40,128 nucleotides of DNA from a virus (taxonomy: Duplodnaviria > Caudoviricetes): positions 1-40,128 of the IMG/VR virus record IMGVR_UViG_3300014656_000055. One strand, 5' to 3'. The position numbers and the translations under genes were made by a program. Below are positions 17,808-26,836 of this stretch, one piece after another; positions within the stretch are counted from its first letter, which is position 1; each line of letters opens with the position of its first letter. A model generated the notes under the pieces. The model searched no databases, was not told the DNA's origin, and was given only the letters and a program-made list of their open reading frames with translations.

Positions 17808-18803
17808 TTAGTTATTAGACCTATATGTTCTCAAAGCGACAACAGCATTGTCTGCTGCATTAAACACCGCTTTGGTAAAACCATACCCTGCTCCGATACA
17901 GAACCCGACCTTGTTTTTATAGTCAAAGGTCTTTTCGTCCCATATCTTACGCTTGATATATGCAATCCCACCAGCACCTACACCCATAAAGAGAGCGGTT
18001 GCACCATTAAGAGTAGCACCAGACCCCCATGCACCAGTAGCAATCGGCACACGCTTATGTTCATGGATCGGCACATTCATGTGCATACCAAGAGCGTCGA
18101 TAAAGATAGGATTACTCTTACCTCTAAGTTCGGCATCCATACGGGTCTGAATCCACGCCGCATCTCTTGAAGTTAAATCAAAAGCCTGATCTGGTGATAT
18201 TACAACAACACCGTTGTATCGTTTACCGCCCATTAAAGGCCCCTGAATAACCGGAGTTGCCTTTTTACCATAAGCAACAGTCTTACCTATTAATGCAAGG
18301 GTAAAATAATCACCAGCTTCTATTTTCGCCGTACTTGTAGCATCCCCACCATAAAGAGCCTTTGTGCAGGAATCGTTAATGCCTGTAAAAATGGTCTGGT
18401 CTATATGTTCTGCGATCCATCTTTTAAGAAGCTCTTTCGACCATTTACGGGTATCCTGGTCAGATTTGTACTGTTCTGATAATATACCCTTAGTACGAAT
18501 AGCGTTACGATAAAGACCAATGGTAATTGCGTCATCGTAAGTTAAAGGAACTTCCTCGTTCCCTTCCATCATTGCATCACCCTCGACACCAGCACCGGAC
18601 AATTCTCTAATCTGCCCGAAAGTGTGCTGATAACCAGGATTTTGTTCGAGGTCTTTAAACTCAACGATTATATTATTGACCTCAGAAGAACCAATAAACC
18701 CGTGTCCATAAAAATAAGACTCGGTTGATCCCTCTATCCACCAATCCTTAGCCCAAGTTTGGCTTGTTAAAGCATTTGCTGTAGTAAATTCCCAATCTGC
18801 CAT
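17808..18803 (-). CDS. major capsid protein (N4-gp56 / DUF4043-like)
   Basis: W.K......, DL....G....F.....L.G.GV.GD..MEGNEE, I...R.AI, NPIF..ALG, A.F.G..AG, E..FDY.N..G; follows the scaffold gene; AGGAGG RBS. Confidence 0.9.
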   Translation of the reverse strand: MADWEFTTANALTSQTWAKDWWIEGSTESYFYGHGFIGSSEVNNIIVEFKDLEQNPGYQHTFGQIRELSGAGVEGDAMMEGNEEVPLTYDDAITIGLYRNAIRTKGILSEQYKSDQDTRKWSKELLKRWIAEHIDQTIFTGINDSCTKALYGGDATSTAKIEAGDYFTLALIGKTVAYGKKATPVIQGPLMGGKRYNGVVVISPDQAFDLTSRDAAWIQTRMDAELRGKSNPIFIDALGMHMNVPIHEHKRVPIATGAWGSGATLNGATALFMGVGAGGIAYIKRKIWDEKTFDYKNKVGFCIGAGYGFTKAVFNAADNAVVALRTYRSNN

Positions 18804-18812
18804 AATGTCCTC

Positions 18813-19760
18813 CTAATTCCAGGGAAGTTCAGGGTGTTTCCTTTTGAGTTCGGCAGGAGCCTCTTTTTTGAACTTTAAATATTCAGCATCGGGCATAGCA
18901 GTAATAGCATCAGCCATTTGATTGTCTGACATACTAAGAAACCGTGAATAACCAGTTTCAGTACCACTATCGACTTTGCCCCCGCCCGCTATCGACGGGA
19001 CTGATTTAACCTGTCCGATAAGCGACTGAATACCTTTGCTTTTTTCAGCCGAAAGCAATGTATCTTTGTGCATTAGGAAATAAATATCTTCAACATTACC
19101 ACTTCCTCTGCCGGTTTCTTTTCCCCAGGTTATTACATTTTCAAGAAGGGTGTTTATCTGTCCCGCTTCTGTTTCTGTAAGTGCTGAGTATTCTTTGCTG
19201 AAGAAATCCTTTGCTCTTGCTTGGCTGAAAGACTCCATTTCGGTATTAATTTGCTCCAACATTCGAGATTCTGTATCACGGGTCTTTGTTTGTTCATCTC
19301 TTTGTGATAATGTATAATTGATTTGAATTTGCTGGGCTTCCGCAGGATCAACTTCGTAAACTTCAGCTAATGTCATTCCATCATATTCACCACCCGTAAC
19401 ACGCATTCCACCTATTTTTACTTGTGTTGGAGCCGTCCCTACCTTCTCATCAGGATACCTCTTGTAGTATTCCTCTGGATTTGTTTTTAATAAATTAAAT
19501 TTTTCCTGTGTTTCTTGTAAGTTACGTTCATGTTCTTTTCCCTTCCCATAGACTTTTTCAAATCTATCAACAGGAATCTTGTTGCCATCCGGGTACACAA
19601 TGTATCCGTCTTCTAACTTCAGCTCGGCTTCTTCAGTTTCTACTGTTTCTTCAACAGTTTCAGTAGTTTCTTCTGTTGTTTCTTCAGTTTCGCTGGTTTG
19701 GGATTCACCGGTTCCCTTTTGTGTTTCTTCTCCCGTTTCTACTTTTTCTTCGTCTCCCAT
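18813..19760 (-). CDS. capsid scaffolding protein
   Basis: Likely start ATG 19760 after AAGGAG; very acidic Glu/Thr N-terminus, IP..RF..V motif, coiled coil; directly upstream of the capsid gene. Confidence 0.75.
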   Translation of the reverse strand: MGDEEKVETGEETQKGTGESQTSETEETTEETTETVEETVETEEAELKLEDGYIVYPDGNKIPVDRFEKVYGKGKEHERNLQETQEKFNLLKTNPEEYYKRYPDEKVGTAPTQVKIGGMRVTGGEYDGMTLAEVYEVDPAEAQQIQINYTLSQRDEQTKTRDTESRMLEQINTEMESFSQARAKDFFSKEYSALTETEAGQINTLLENVITWGKETGRGSGNVEDIYFLMHKDTLLSAEKSKGIQSLIGQVKSVPSIAGGGKVDSGTETGYSRFLSMSDNQMADAITAMPDAEYLKFKKEAPAELKRKHPELPWN

Positions 19761-19830
19761 GATGTTTCTCCTTTGCATAGCGTTTAGGTCGCTAAGTACC
19801 TGCATGGCGTATATGCCCGCCAAGTGACAA

Positions 19831-19878
19831 TAAAAAAAGCCTTAATGATACAGATTTATCTCTGTACCAAAAAGGCTT
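19831..19878 (-). terminator. intrinsic terminator/attenuator before the scaffold gene
   Basis: Minus strand AAGCCTT-TT-TGGTACAGA-loop-TCTGTATCA-TT-AAGGCTT followed by a T-run. Confidence 0.6.
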
Positions 19879-19928
19879 AGTTAAGCGTAATCGGCTTCCT
19901 CGCTAAAAGGTTTCCGTAATAACGAGGG

Positions 19929-20018
19929 TTATTTTTTTAGTAATTCATCTAACACACCTAAAGCATGTTTTAATATCCTTATAATTGCTTTGATTATTAG
20001 TTTTGCTGATTCAGTCAT
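19929..20018 (-). CDS. 29-aa amphipathic peptide (not in ORF track)
   Basis: MTESAKLIIKAIIRILKHALGVLDELLKK; start overlaps the end of the upstream ORF. Confidence 0.4.
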   Translation of the reverse strand: MTESAKLIIKAIIRILKHALGVLDELLKK

Positions 20019-20151
20019 TTTTTTTCTGTTTTCTTAATTTTTCTATCTTAGCAAGAGTTGAATAAACCCAAGCATCTTTTCGTTCCTGACTCCAAGCAGG
20101 ATGCAATCGCTCAACATCCCTTTTTAATTTAATGTGTAAGGCTTTAGGCAT
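20011..20151 (-). CDS. small basic protein (46 aa, not in ORF track)
   Basis: MPKALHIKLKR...KDAWVYSTLAKIEK; TAATG coupling to the upstream gene. Confidence 0.55.
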   Translation of the reverse strand: MPKALHIKLKRDVERLHPAWSQERKDAWVYSTLAKIEKLRKQKKND

Positions 20152-20342
20152 TATTTTTTCTTTACGTTAATAACCAGCTCAACTGTTCCGGTAACATTGT
20201 GAAATAACGGGTCATATCCACCCAGAACATTTGAGTCTAACTGAAGGGTAAAATTACCTTTAACCTCGTCAATCTGTCCTTCAAATCTTGCAATCCCTTG
20301 TGATGCTTTCTTAAAGACCAGATTCCCTTTTAACTTTTTCAT
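20151..20342 (-). CDS. hypothetical protein
   Basis: 63 aa, AAGGAG RBS, operon packing. Confidence 0.55.
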   Translation of the reverse strand: MKKLKGNLVFKKASQGIARFEGQIDEVKGNFTLQLDSNVLGGYDPLFHNVTGTVELVINVKKK

Positions 20343-20601
20343 TTTGCTCCTTCCTTCTTTGCTTATCTAATTCTTGCGTCGCTTTTGAAATAACAGTCCC
20401 GTTTTTGCCTTCTAATAAATTGTCTGCTGTTAATCGCAAAACATCTACTACGTTTTGTATGGTATCTCCTTTTGTTATAATAAAACCAGCGGTTATACCA
20501 CCAACACGAAATAGCGTTCCATAACTTAATCCCCAATTAAAAGACTTGTGCGAAATAATCCTGTCGTTTTTGTCTTCAGATGCAAACTCCCATTCTACCA
20601 T
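20311..20601 (-). CDS. hypothetical protein
   Basis: 96 aa, TAATG-coupled to the portal gene. Confidence 0.55.
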   Translation of the reverse strand: MVEWEFASEDKNDRIISHKSFNWGLSYGTLFRVGGITAGFIITKGDTIQNVVDVLRLTADNLLEGKNGTVISKATQELDKQRRKEQNEKVKRESGL

Positions 20602-22484
20602 TATCTTGCCCCCTTCATCATTTCTGCTTCTGCCTGTGCGGCTTCTACAGCTTTCATCCTCTTAATTGCTTTGTCTTTTAGTGGATCGTCTGCATATTCT
20701 AAAGCAGTCTCTCTATCGTAAAGTCCTTCTTTATATTTCTCAATCGCCAGAGCTTCCTTTAAAATTCTGTTTGTAGGTAACGAAGACCCCGCTTCTACCG
20801 AAATATCAATATCAACTAAACCTAAACCTTGTTGAGCCATATCGTTTGGCCGGACTCTTTCAAGGGCTTCTATCCATTTTTGAGATATACCTTCATCCGG
20901 TTCTTGTTTTCCTTCAGGTGTCCATGATGTAAAATCTGATTCATCAATCATCTGCCGCCACATATATTGAGGCCAGTGTCTTAACATCAGGACGATTATA
21001 ACCTTTGCCAACCTGTCCTGCGTCTCTTCTAACTTAGATTGAAAAGGAGTTGACATAACACCAGCTTTATCTTGAAGTGCAAGAACAACTCTCCCAGAAG
21101 GCGCTCTTTCCCCTGGAGGCATTTTACCCTTTACAACATCCTGCATATCAAAAAGATCATCTATGCCTTGAGAAGCCATTTCTTCAAGTTTTATTAATGC
21201 CGCTAAAGGAAAATTCTCCATTCCTAAACGATGAGGCATGGCATGTGCGGGTGTGTTTTTGTCAACCTCAAGCTCACTACCTGATTTACCTGGCTTGCCT
21301 ATCCATTTTGTGCCTTTAGTTCTTACTAATGGGCTTGTCATTGCATAAGACGTGGCCATTATTAGCTGTGCCCTTCTTTTAGAGCGTTCCTTTGCCAAAG
21401 GAAGGGCAAAGGTAGTAGGGCAGGTAGGATAGGCTGTATCAGTGTCCCAATGCTTTAAAGCTATAATCCCCATTACTGGGTCACCATCTGAATCCATACC
21501 ATAAGGTTGAGTTATTTTTGAAATCATCTTTTTACCGACAATGATTTTCTGAATTCTTTTTTGTAATTGTCTTTTCCAAATAAAACCTTTTTCTAATTCT
21601 AAAAGTTCCGTGGTTTTTTGAAGTCTTGAAACAGCTTGTTCGGGTTTTTCGTTCTTTTCAAGTTCTAATGGTATTGGTTTAAAATCTTCACCGTCTTTAA
21701 CAATCACCCAGGGTTCAGTTACGACTTTTAATTCCCAATGTTCAATTTCCCATATTTGCTTTAATTCATCTTGCAGAATAGCCTTTTCTTTCTCCCCAAC
21801 TGCGTAATTATCCTCTCCTATAACCCCTGATGATTTTTGAGGCTCATCTGTTATGCCACTTGCAAAATATAGTTCATCTTCTTCAATTGAAGGATAATTC
21901 TCAAGGATATACTTTTTAGTTCGTAATTGAGCTATTATAACATCAGTATCACTAAAATCATCTTCTTCAGAATCTTGAGAGAAATATAACTGGGTTGGTT
22001 TTGTGTTTTTAAATTTTATCCGTCCAAATATCCCCTTATAAGGATCATGCCAACAAGTTAAAGAACCCAACCCGCTTGTTTTGGATTCAATTACATTCTT
22101 ATAAACAACTGCATTCCCATTATTCTTACGCCATATAAAATTAAATCCCCTTTGGATTAATTCTGCTATATATAAATCACTCCCCCCCACAGGCTTGACA
22201 ATTATTTTAGGCTTTTGGTTTGTTGCCACCGCTGCTGAACCTTGGACACCTTTTACAACATCATTTATGACAAGAGGAACCATCCCCGCATCGGTCATTT
22301 CCTTTTCTTCGTCAGAATTCCATATTTCGTTTTTATCAATCAGGTTGCGGTTTTTCTTTCTCATTTCAAGCCACTTAGTGCGCTCTTCAGAGTCAGAAAA
22401 CACTCTAAGTCTCTTGTATGTCGTTAAGACTTCCGCATCAACGTCTTTGTCAGATTCGATTAGTTTTATATCGGGTTTAATCAT
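20601..22484 (-). CDS. portal protein (P22-like)
   Basis: 627 aa; W...E...M...G..PLVIN, 'SGRVVLALQDKAG', DI.VEAG.S.PT.R motifs; follows the terminase. Confidence 0.85.
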   Translation of the reverse strand: MIKPDIKLIESDKDVDAEVLTTYKRLRVFSDSEERTKWLEMRKKNRNLIDKNEIWNSDEEKEMTDAGMVPLVINDVVKGVQGSAAVATNQKPKIIVKPVGGSDLYIAELIQRGFNFIWRKNNGNAVVYKNVIESKTSGLGSLTCWHDPYKGIFGRIKFKNTKPTQLYFSQDSEEDDFSDTDVIIAQLRTKKYILENYPSIEEDELYFASGITDEPQKSSGVIGEDNYAVGEKEKAILQDELKQIWEIEHWELKVVTEPWVIVKDGEDFKPIPLELEKNEKPEQAVSRLQKTTELLELEKGFIWKRQLQKRIQKIIVGKKMISKITQPYGMDSDGDPVMGIIALKHWDTDTAYPTCPTTFALPLAKERSKRRAQLIMATSYAMTSPLVRTKGTKWIGKPGKSGSELEVDKNTPAHAMPHRLGMENFPLAALIKLEEMASQGIDDLFDMQDVVKGKMPPGERAPSGRVVLALQDKAGVMSTPFQSKLEETQDRLAKVIIVLMLRHWPQYMWRQMIDESDFTSWTPEGKQEPDEGISQKWIEALERVRPNDMAQQGLGLVDIDISVEAGSSLPTNRILKEALAIEKYKEGLYDRETALEYADDPLKDKAIKRMKAVEAAQAEAEMMKGAR

Positions 22485-22668
22485 GCATTCCTTGTGGCTT
22501 GTATTTATTTACCCATTCCCAAAAACATTCCGGGCAACAAAAATGCTTCTCTTGAAGTTTCTCTGGCAAAAGAATACCACCAGAAGTCCCAGAAATCCCC
22601 TTCAAAACGACTTCAACATCATTTCCATATCCAGCTTTTTCACAATTATCACAAGTATAATGTTTCAT
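22477..22668 (-). CDS. small zinc-binding protein (TRASH-like)
   Basis: CDNC...HFCCPEC. Confidence 0.6.
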   Translation of the reverse strand: MKHYTCDNCEKAGYGNDVEVVLKGISGTSGGILLPEKLQEKHFCCPECFWEWVNKYKPQGMHD

Positions 22669-22680
22669 AATACTCCCTCG

Positions 22681-23160
22681 TTAAGCGTTCCCCTTTGTCG
22701 GCATATTGCTTATACTCACAAGTCCTGGGCTTTTTTCATAGAGATATTGAACTTGAAACTTCTGCCCGACACACATACAGTCTGGTGCAATCTTTATAAA
22801 TACAGGTAAATCTTGCTGCTTATCCATCATAGTTTCTAATACAGTAAAAGTAACTTTCTCTTTTTCTTTTTTAGGTAATTCGTCCCAAAGACCCTTACAT
22901 TTCATAAAGCATTTTCTGAGTAAATATTCTTTGTGTTCAATTATTTGATACCCGAACTCCCATCCACCCCATGAAGTTTTCTGAACAGAATCCTTATCCC
23001 TCTGTCTGTAAACACCGTCTTTAAATATCATCTGAGGAGCTTTGTTTATATTATCAACGTAATTTCGCAACCCACCTAAAACTTCTTTTAATTCGGGTAT
23101 TACAGCGCCCAGTTGCTTTGATTTTCCTGTTTCATTGTTTTTAACCATCCAGGACTCCAC
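22681..23160 (-). CDS. hypothetical protein
   Basis: ORF between terL and the portal region; start uncertain (overlaps the terL 3' end). Confidence 0.55.
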   Translation of the reverse strand: MESWMVKNNETGKSKQLGAVIPELKEVLGGLRNYVDNINKAPQMIFKDGVYRQRDKDSVQKTSWGGWEFGYQIIEHKEYLLRKCFMKCKGLWDELPKKEKEKVTFTVLETMMDKQQDLPVFIKIAPDCMCVGQKFQVQYLYEKSPGLVSISNMPTKGNA

Positions 23161-24728
23161 TCTAATTTCTCCTTAGTAGGTTTGCTGCCTAAAAATAAAT
23201 CCGCCTGTCTCATACAACCTGCTGACATTACACAATCACCATATTTACCACTTTCAGGTCTTAATTTTTCCGATGTATCGTGTATAAATGTCGAACATTC
23301 GTCTATAAGCATCGCACAATAAAGCCTTCCTCTCATAGATCGCAGCCATTGTTTTAAATCACCGCAAAGTTCGTGTTTAGCTTTTGTTGATTCAGTCGGC
23401 CATCCGAATTTCTTTGTCATTCCACCACCTACAGAATCAGGGACTAATTGTATATACTGATTACATCCTAATTCAGAAAGTCTCTTTACCGTAGTCTGGC
23501 CGGCCCCAGTTCGTTCTACACAAGTTAAGGCCCGATCATACCATTCAGACAATAAAAACGTAAGTTCCGCCCACTGATAAGCATCAATTCGATTAGACCG
23601 CATACGAGCAACAATCTCATCTTTAAATCTGTCACCAATATAATCAACCGAAGAAGTCTCTCCTAATCCTTCTGAAACATCCCCCCCAAGACAATATCTT
23701 TTATCCCATCTTAATTCATCCCAGTCTTTAAGTAAATTATAAGGCCATCTCCAGATTTCTAAAATCCCCTTTCGATCCTCAATAAATTCAATCTCTTTAT
23801 CTTTATTTCTTATAAGATTTCCAACAATTCCTTTAATAGTATAAGTATGTCTCGCTAAAACTCTGCCAAAATATGACCCACCTAAAACAGAAATCACGTC
23901 CTGCTCTGTCGAAGGATAATGTTCTATAATATCTTCATCGTCTTTATTCTTTTCATGTTTCTGCTGCCATATAAATTTAGGAATTTCTTTTTTTTCATCC
24001 TCATCCCAAACCAATTCTCTTGATCTATCAGGATGTCCCCACCAGGGAATGAAAATCCTTTCAAATATATTAAACCCTTTCATCGAATTAACAAATAATT
24101 CACGAGTAAACGCCCACCCGGGAGCACGTTTCATATCATTAGATATAACAATTATTCTACCTTTTGCAGCCGCAATACCTGGTTCTGTAGCTCCGTAAAT
24201 TTCTTTAAAGTATTGATTTAATGCCGATTCATCAATTATAAGTAAAGTAGGAGTTTTAGATTGCCCCCCCTTCGGGGTAGTAGGCAACGACTGAATTATA
24301 GAATTAATCTCATTTCCTTCTTTGTCATAATGGAGGAACTCCTTAACCTCCATCGTGTCCCGTTTAATCTTAGGGCATAACCAGTCGGGTAAACGAGTGT
24401 GAATAAAATTAATTCGAGCTAAAAACTCCTGCGCTATATCCTGGTTATACGAGACTACTAAAATCTGCTGTAATGGTTTTGTTATTGATAACCACAAACA
24501 ATAAGTGGCAATTATCCAAGTTAAACCTAACTGCCGAGCCTTAATGCAAATAATCCATGCATCACTTATTATCTTAGGCAGTATCTTCACCTGAGCAGGC
24601 CATAATTTAAATCGAATTGCCCTAAAGGTTACCTTGTCCTCAATAAAAACATACTGACTTACAAAATGTAAGAATGACCCTATAACCCTATAACATTCCT
24701 TAAATTTATCCTTTTGTGTTATTTCCAT
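23100..24728 (-). CDS. terL: terminase large subunit
   Basis: KARQLGLTW Walker A-like, LLIIDESA Walker B, FIPWW.HP.R, nuclease GGDVSEG and D.VM motifs. Confidence 0.92.
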   Translation of the reverse strand: MEITQKDKFKECYRVIGSFLHFVSQYVFIEDKVTFRAIRFKLWPAQVKILPKIISDAWIICIKARQLGLTWIIATYCLWLSITKPLQQILVVSYNQDIAQEFLARINFIHTRLPDWLCPKIKRDTMEVKEFLHYDKEGNEINSIIQSLPTTPKGGQSKTPTLLIIDESALNQYFKEIYGATEPGIAAAKGRIIVISNDMKRAPGWAFTRELFVNSMKGFNIFERIFIPWWGHPDRSRELVWDEDEKKEIPKFIWQQKHEKNKDDEDIIEHYPSTEQDVISVLGGSYFGRVLARHTYTIKGIVGNLIRNKDKEIEFIEDRKGILEIWRWPYNLLKDWDELRWDKRYCLGGDVSEGLGETSSVDYIGDRFKDEIVARMRSNRIDAYQWAELTFLLSEWYDRALTCVERTGAGQTTVKRLSELGCNQYIQLVPDSVGGGMTKKFGWPTESTKAKHELCGDLKQWLRSMRGRLYCAMLIDECSTFIHDTSEKLRPESGKYGDCVMSAGCMRQADLFLGSKPTKEKLEWSPGWLKTMKQENQSNWAL

Positions 24729-25040
24729 ATATATCAGTATGTTAGATTTTTATGTAGTGTTAAAAAATTGTTAAAAATATTATTTGAGAGTACATATTAT
24801 ATATTATATTACCAATCCCCCCCCCCAGACCCCTTTCGGGTATATTATACTGGATCAAGGACAGGGGCTGGTGTCGTGTCCTCTCGCTGATATATATGTA
24901 TGATAATAACATAATATGTAAACTTTGAATCCTTGTGAAACCGCATGGTTGACGCATCTTATAGTTTGGCTCATTATTATATTACTACCACCCCTGTAAT
25001 CTGTGAATCTATAAGGCTTCGCAAAATGAACTTCGGTTCT

Positions 25041-25352
25041 TTACTGCCCTGATTTCTTAGGCGCAAGTGCGCTGTTTGCCAATGGATTAATCCAGGGCCT
25101 TACGCCCGTGGGAGTATCTGTCTTTATCTTATTATTACAACTACTTAACTTTTTAGGCTTAGCTTCAATGTGCTTATTGTTTAAACCTTTATAGCCATTG
25201 TTTAAACCTTTTACCTGTTCAACTACTGGAATGTTTAAACCTTTATCACTTACTACAGCAATAACCTTACCATAATCTGTGATTTCAAACGGCAGGTCTA
25301 ATAGCTCCTTGGTCAGCCTTACTCTTAATGTCTTTAGTGGTATCTGCCACAT
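25041..25352 (-). CDS. small protein with Phd/YefM-like N-terminus and three KGLN repeats
   Basis: I....LR..L...L..LPFEIT.YGKVIAVV resembles the Phd DNA-binding fold. Confidence 0.5.
   Translation of the reverse strand: MWQIPLKTLRVRLTKELLDLPFEITDYGKVIAVVSDKGLNIPVVEQVKGLNNGYKGLNNKHIEAKPKKLSSCNNKIKTDTPTGVRPWINPLANSALAPKKSGQ
25178..25244 (+). repeat. three exact 13-bp direct repeats TGTTTAAACCTTT
   Basis: Copies at 25178, 25199 and 25232; each contains the palindrome GTTTAAAC. Confidence 0.9.
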
Positions 25353-25355
25353 ACC

Positions 25356-25724
25356 TTACCCTTCTTTGCCCTCTGTTATGGTCTCTATGGGCTTCTCAGT
25401 CTCTTGTCTATACACTAATACAGCCATTGTCATCTCTGTCTGACCAAGTAGCCGTACATCATGCTGTTCTGCTGGATATGCTTGCTGTAGTTTAAGAGCC
25501 ATATCAACTGCCTTGATCTGTGATGGATTGTCGTTTGCTTCGATTGCCTTGCCGTCTTTATCTGCGCCTATGGGACGTTTACAATCAATCAGGTCGTTGA
25601 GCTTGCCTGATAAGCGGTCTAAGGTGATGTTGTGGTCTTTAAGTGCTTGTGTAATGGGGGATAGGATTGCTGCTTGTGTTTCGGTTGGATTAGGTAAATT
25701 GTCTGTATAATCTGACGTACTCAT
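25356..25724 (-). CDS. putative terminase small subunit
   Basis: 122 aa upstream of terL; 'IT.D.L..KL..L......DN..QIKA.DMA.KL...YP' pattern. Confidence 0.6.
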   Translation of the reverse strand: MSTSDYTDNLPNPTETQAAILSPITQALKDHNITLDRLSGKLNDLIDCKRPIGADKDGKAIEANDNPSQIKAVDMALKLQQAYPAEQHDVRLLGQTEMTMAVLVYRQETEKPIETITEGKEG

Positions 25725-25960
25725 ATAACAATGCCTTAAACTTTTTTGTTTGTTGTTTGTTGTTGACTACAATAAGCAAAAATTAATGGCTCAAACGTCC
25801 ATATTACAGGTTTTTTTTTACGCCTGGCTTGTTAACGTGGCTCTTAAACGCATAGCCTAATTTTAGCATTTTAGGCGCATGTAGGCATCTAAATGTGTTA
25901 GCTGTGCATGGAAAATACTTTGCTATATTATCCCATGTTTCTATACGTTCACTGGCCATT

Positions 25961-26197
25961 TTATACGCTCCTGGGCATCATACTTGCCTTGATCTCATCT
26001 AATACTACCATATAGGGTCTAATTACCGGCTCATGGTATCCTGTTTCAAGGTCCTTATCAATCCCGCATCCGGTGCATATTTTATGCGTGATTATATGCC
26101 TGGTTTGGTGTACCATGGCCTTGATCTGGGCCGGTGTAGGCTTTGTGCCGTCCAAACGTCTGCGTTCTGCTCGCTCTATTGTGTTTTGTGTGCTCAT
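25961..26197 (-). CDS. hypothetical protein with CxxC
   Basis: KICTGCGIDK; ATGA-coupled to the upstream ORF. Confidence 0.5.
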   Translation of the reverse strand: MSTQNTIERAERRRLDGTKPTPAQIKAMVHQTRHIITHKICTGCGIDKDLETGYHEPVIRPYMVVLDEIKASMMPRSV

Positions 26198-26361
26198 ATT
26201 TTATATGCTGTTTTATCATTTGGATGCGCTTTAAGATGTTTTTTTGCTCTCTTAACTTTGTTGGTCTCATATCTATTTGTTGCGTTGTATCTGTTATGAG
26301 AGGGGGACTTCATCCCACGTCCTATCTTTTTCCCGCCCTTCTTGCCTGTTGATTTAGCCAT
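26194..26361 (-). CDS. small very basic protein (55 aa, not in ORF track)
   Basis: MAKSTGKKGGKKIGRG...KVKRAKKHLKAHPND; stop overlaps the next ATG. Confidence 0.6.
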   Translation of the reverse strand: MAKSTGKKGGKKIGRGMKSPSHNRYNATNRYETNKVKRAKKHLKAHPNDKTAYKI

Positions 26362-26530
26362 TTTTTATCATCATGTCTTGGGAGCTTCTGGCTCACTCTG
26401 TTTTATGTATCAGCCATTATGGCCGTATTTATAGATCTCTGAGCTCCGAGCTCCCATTGTTTTGATTTGCAAGAACCGCCGTAACGGCTCAAGATTTCTT
26501 TGCGCCCTTGGCACATGAATATCATAATAT

Positions 26531-26598
26531 AATCAATGTATTGCATATTTTTAGTAAAATATCAAGTTTTCTTTTCATCTTATGGCATAATAGTTGCT
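26531..26598 (+). promoter_or_regulatory. IHF site plus sigma-54 (-24/-12) promoter
   Basis: AATCAAtgtaTTG (26531-26543) fits WATCAA-N4-TTR; TGGCAT-AATAG-TTGCT (26583-26598) has the exact GG-N10-GC spacing. Confidence 0.55.
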
Positions 26599-26666
26599 TG
26601 CGCTGCCTTTTTTCGTTTTATTTTCAATGAGTTATGCAAATAATTTAATTAATGTTCATTTTTAGG

Positions 26667-26696
26667 TTGACTTCCTCATAATAATCATAATATTAT
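26667..26696 (+). promoter_or_regulatory. sigma70-like promoter
   Basis: TTGACT-N18-TATTAT upstream of an AAGGAG RBS and ATG 26726. Confidence 0.5.
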
Positions 26697-26725
26697 AACA
26701 ATAAATCACAAAAAGGAGATTAAAC

Positions 26726-26836
26726 ATGAAATGTAAATGCAAGCAATGCGGCTATGAATGGGAATCAAGAACAGATAAACCTAAAACCTGTCCCCGATGT
26801 AAAAGATATGACTACAACAAGGAAAAAAAGAAATGA
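26726..26836 (+). CDS. 36-aa zinc-ribbon protein (not in ORF track)
   Basis: MKCKCKQCGYEWESRTDKPKTCPRCK; strong RBS; ATGA overlap with the next gene. Confidence 0.75.
   Translation: MKCKCKQCGYEWESRTDKPKTCPRCKRYDYNKEKKK

Noticed and set aside
17499-18170. 223-aa plus-strand ORF
   Set aside because: Antisense to the capsid and neighbouring gene; no recognisable features
20011-20030. A8 run as a programmed frameshift joining two small ORFs
   Set aside because: Ordinary start/stop overlap explains the arrangement; A-runs are common in this AT-rich genome
22195-22809. 204-aa plus-strand ORF
   Set aside because: Antisense shadow of the portal and upstream genes
26082-26270. 62-aa minus-strand ORF in the track
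   Set aside because: The alternative frame 26194..26361 gives a coupled basic protein and fits operon packing better
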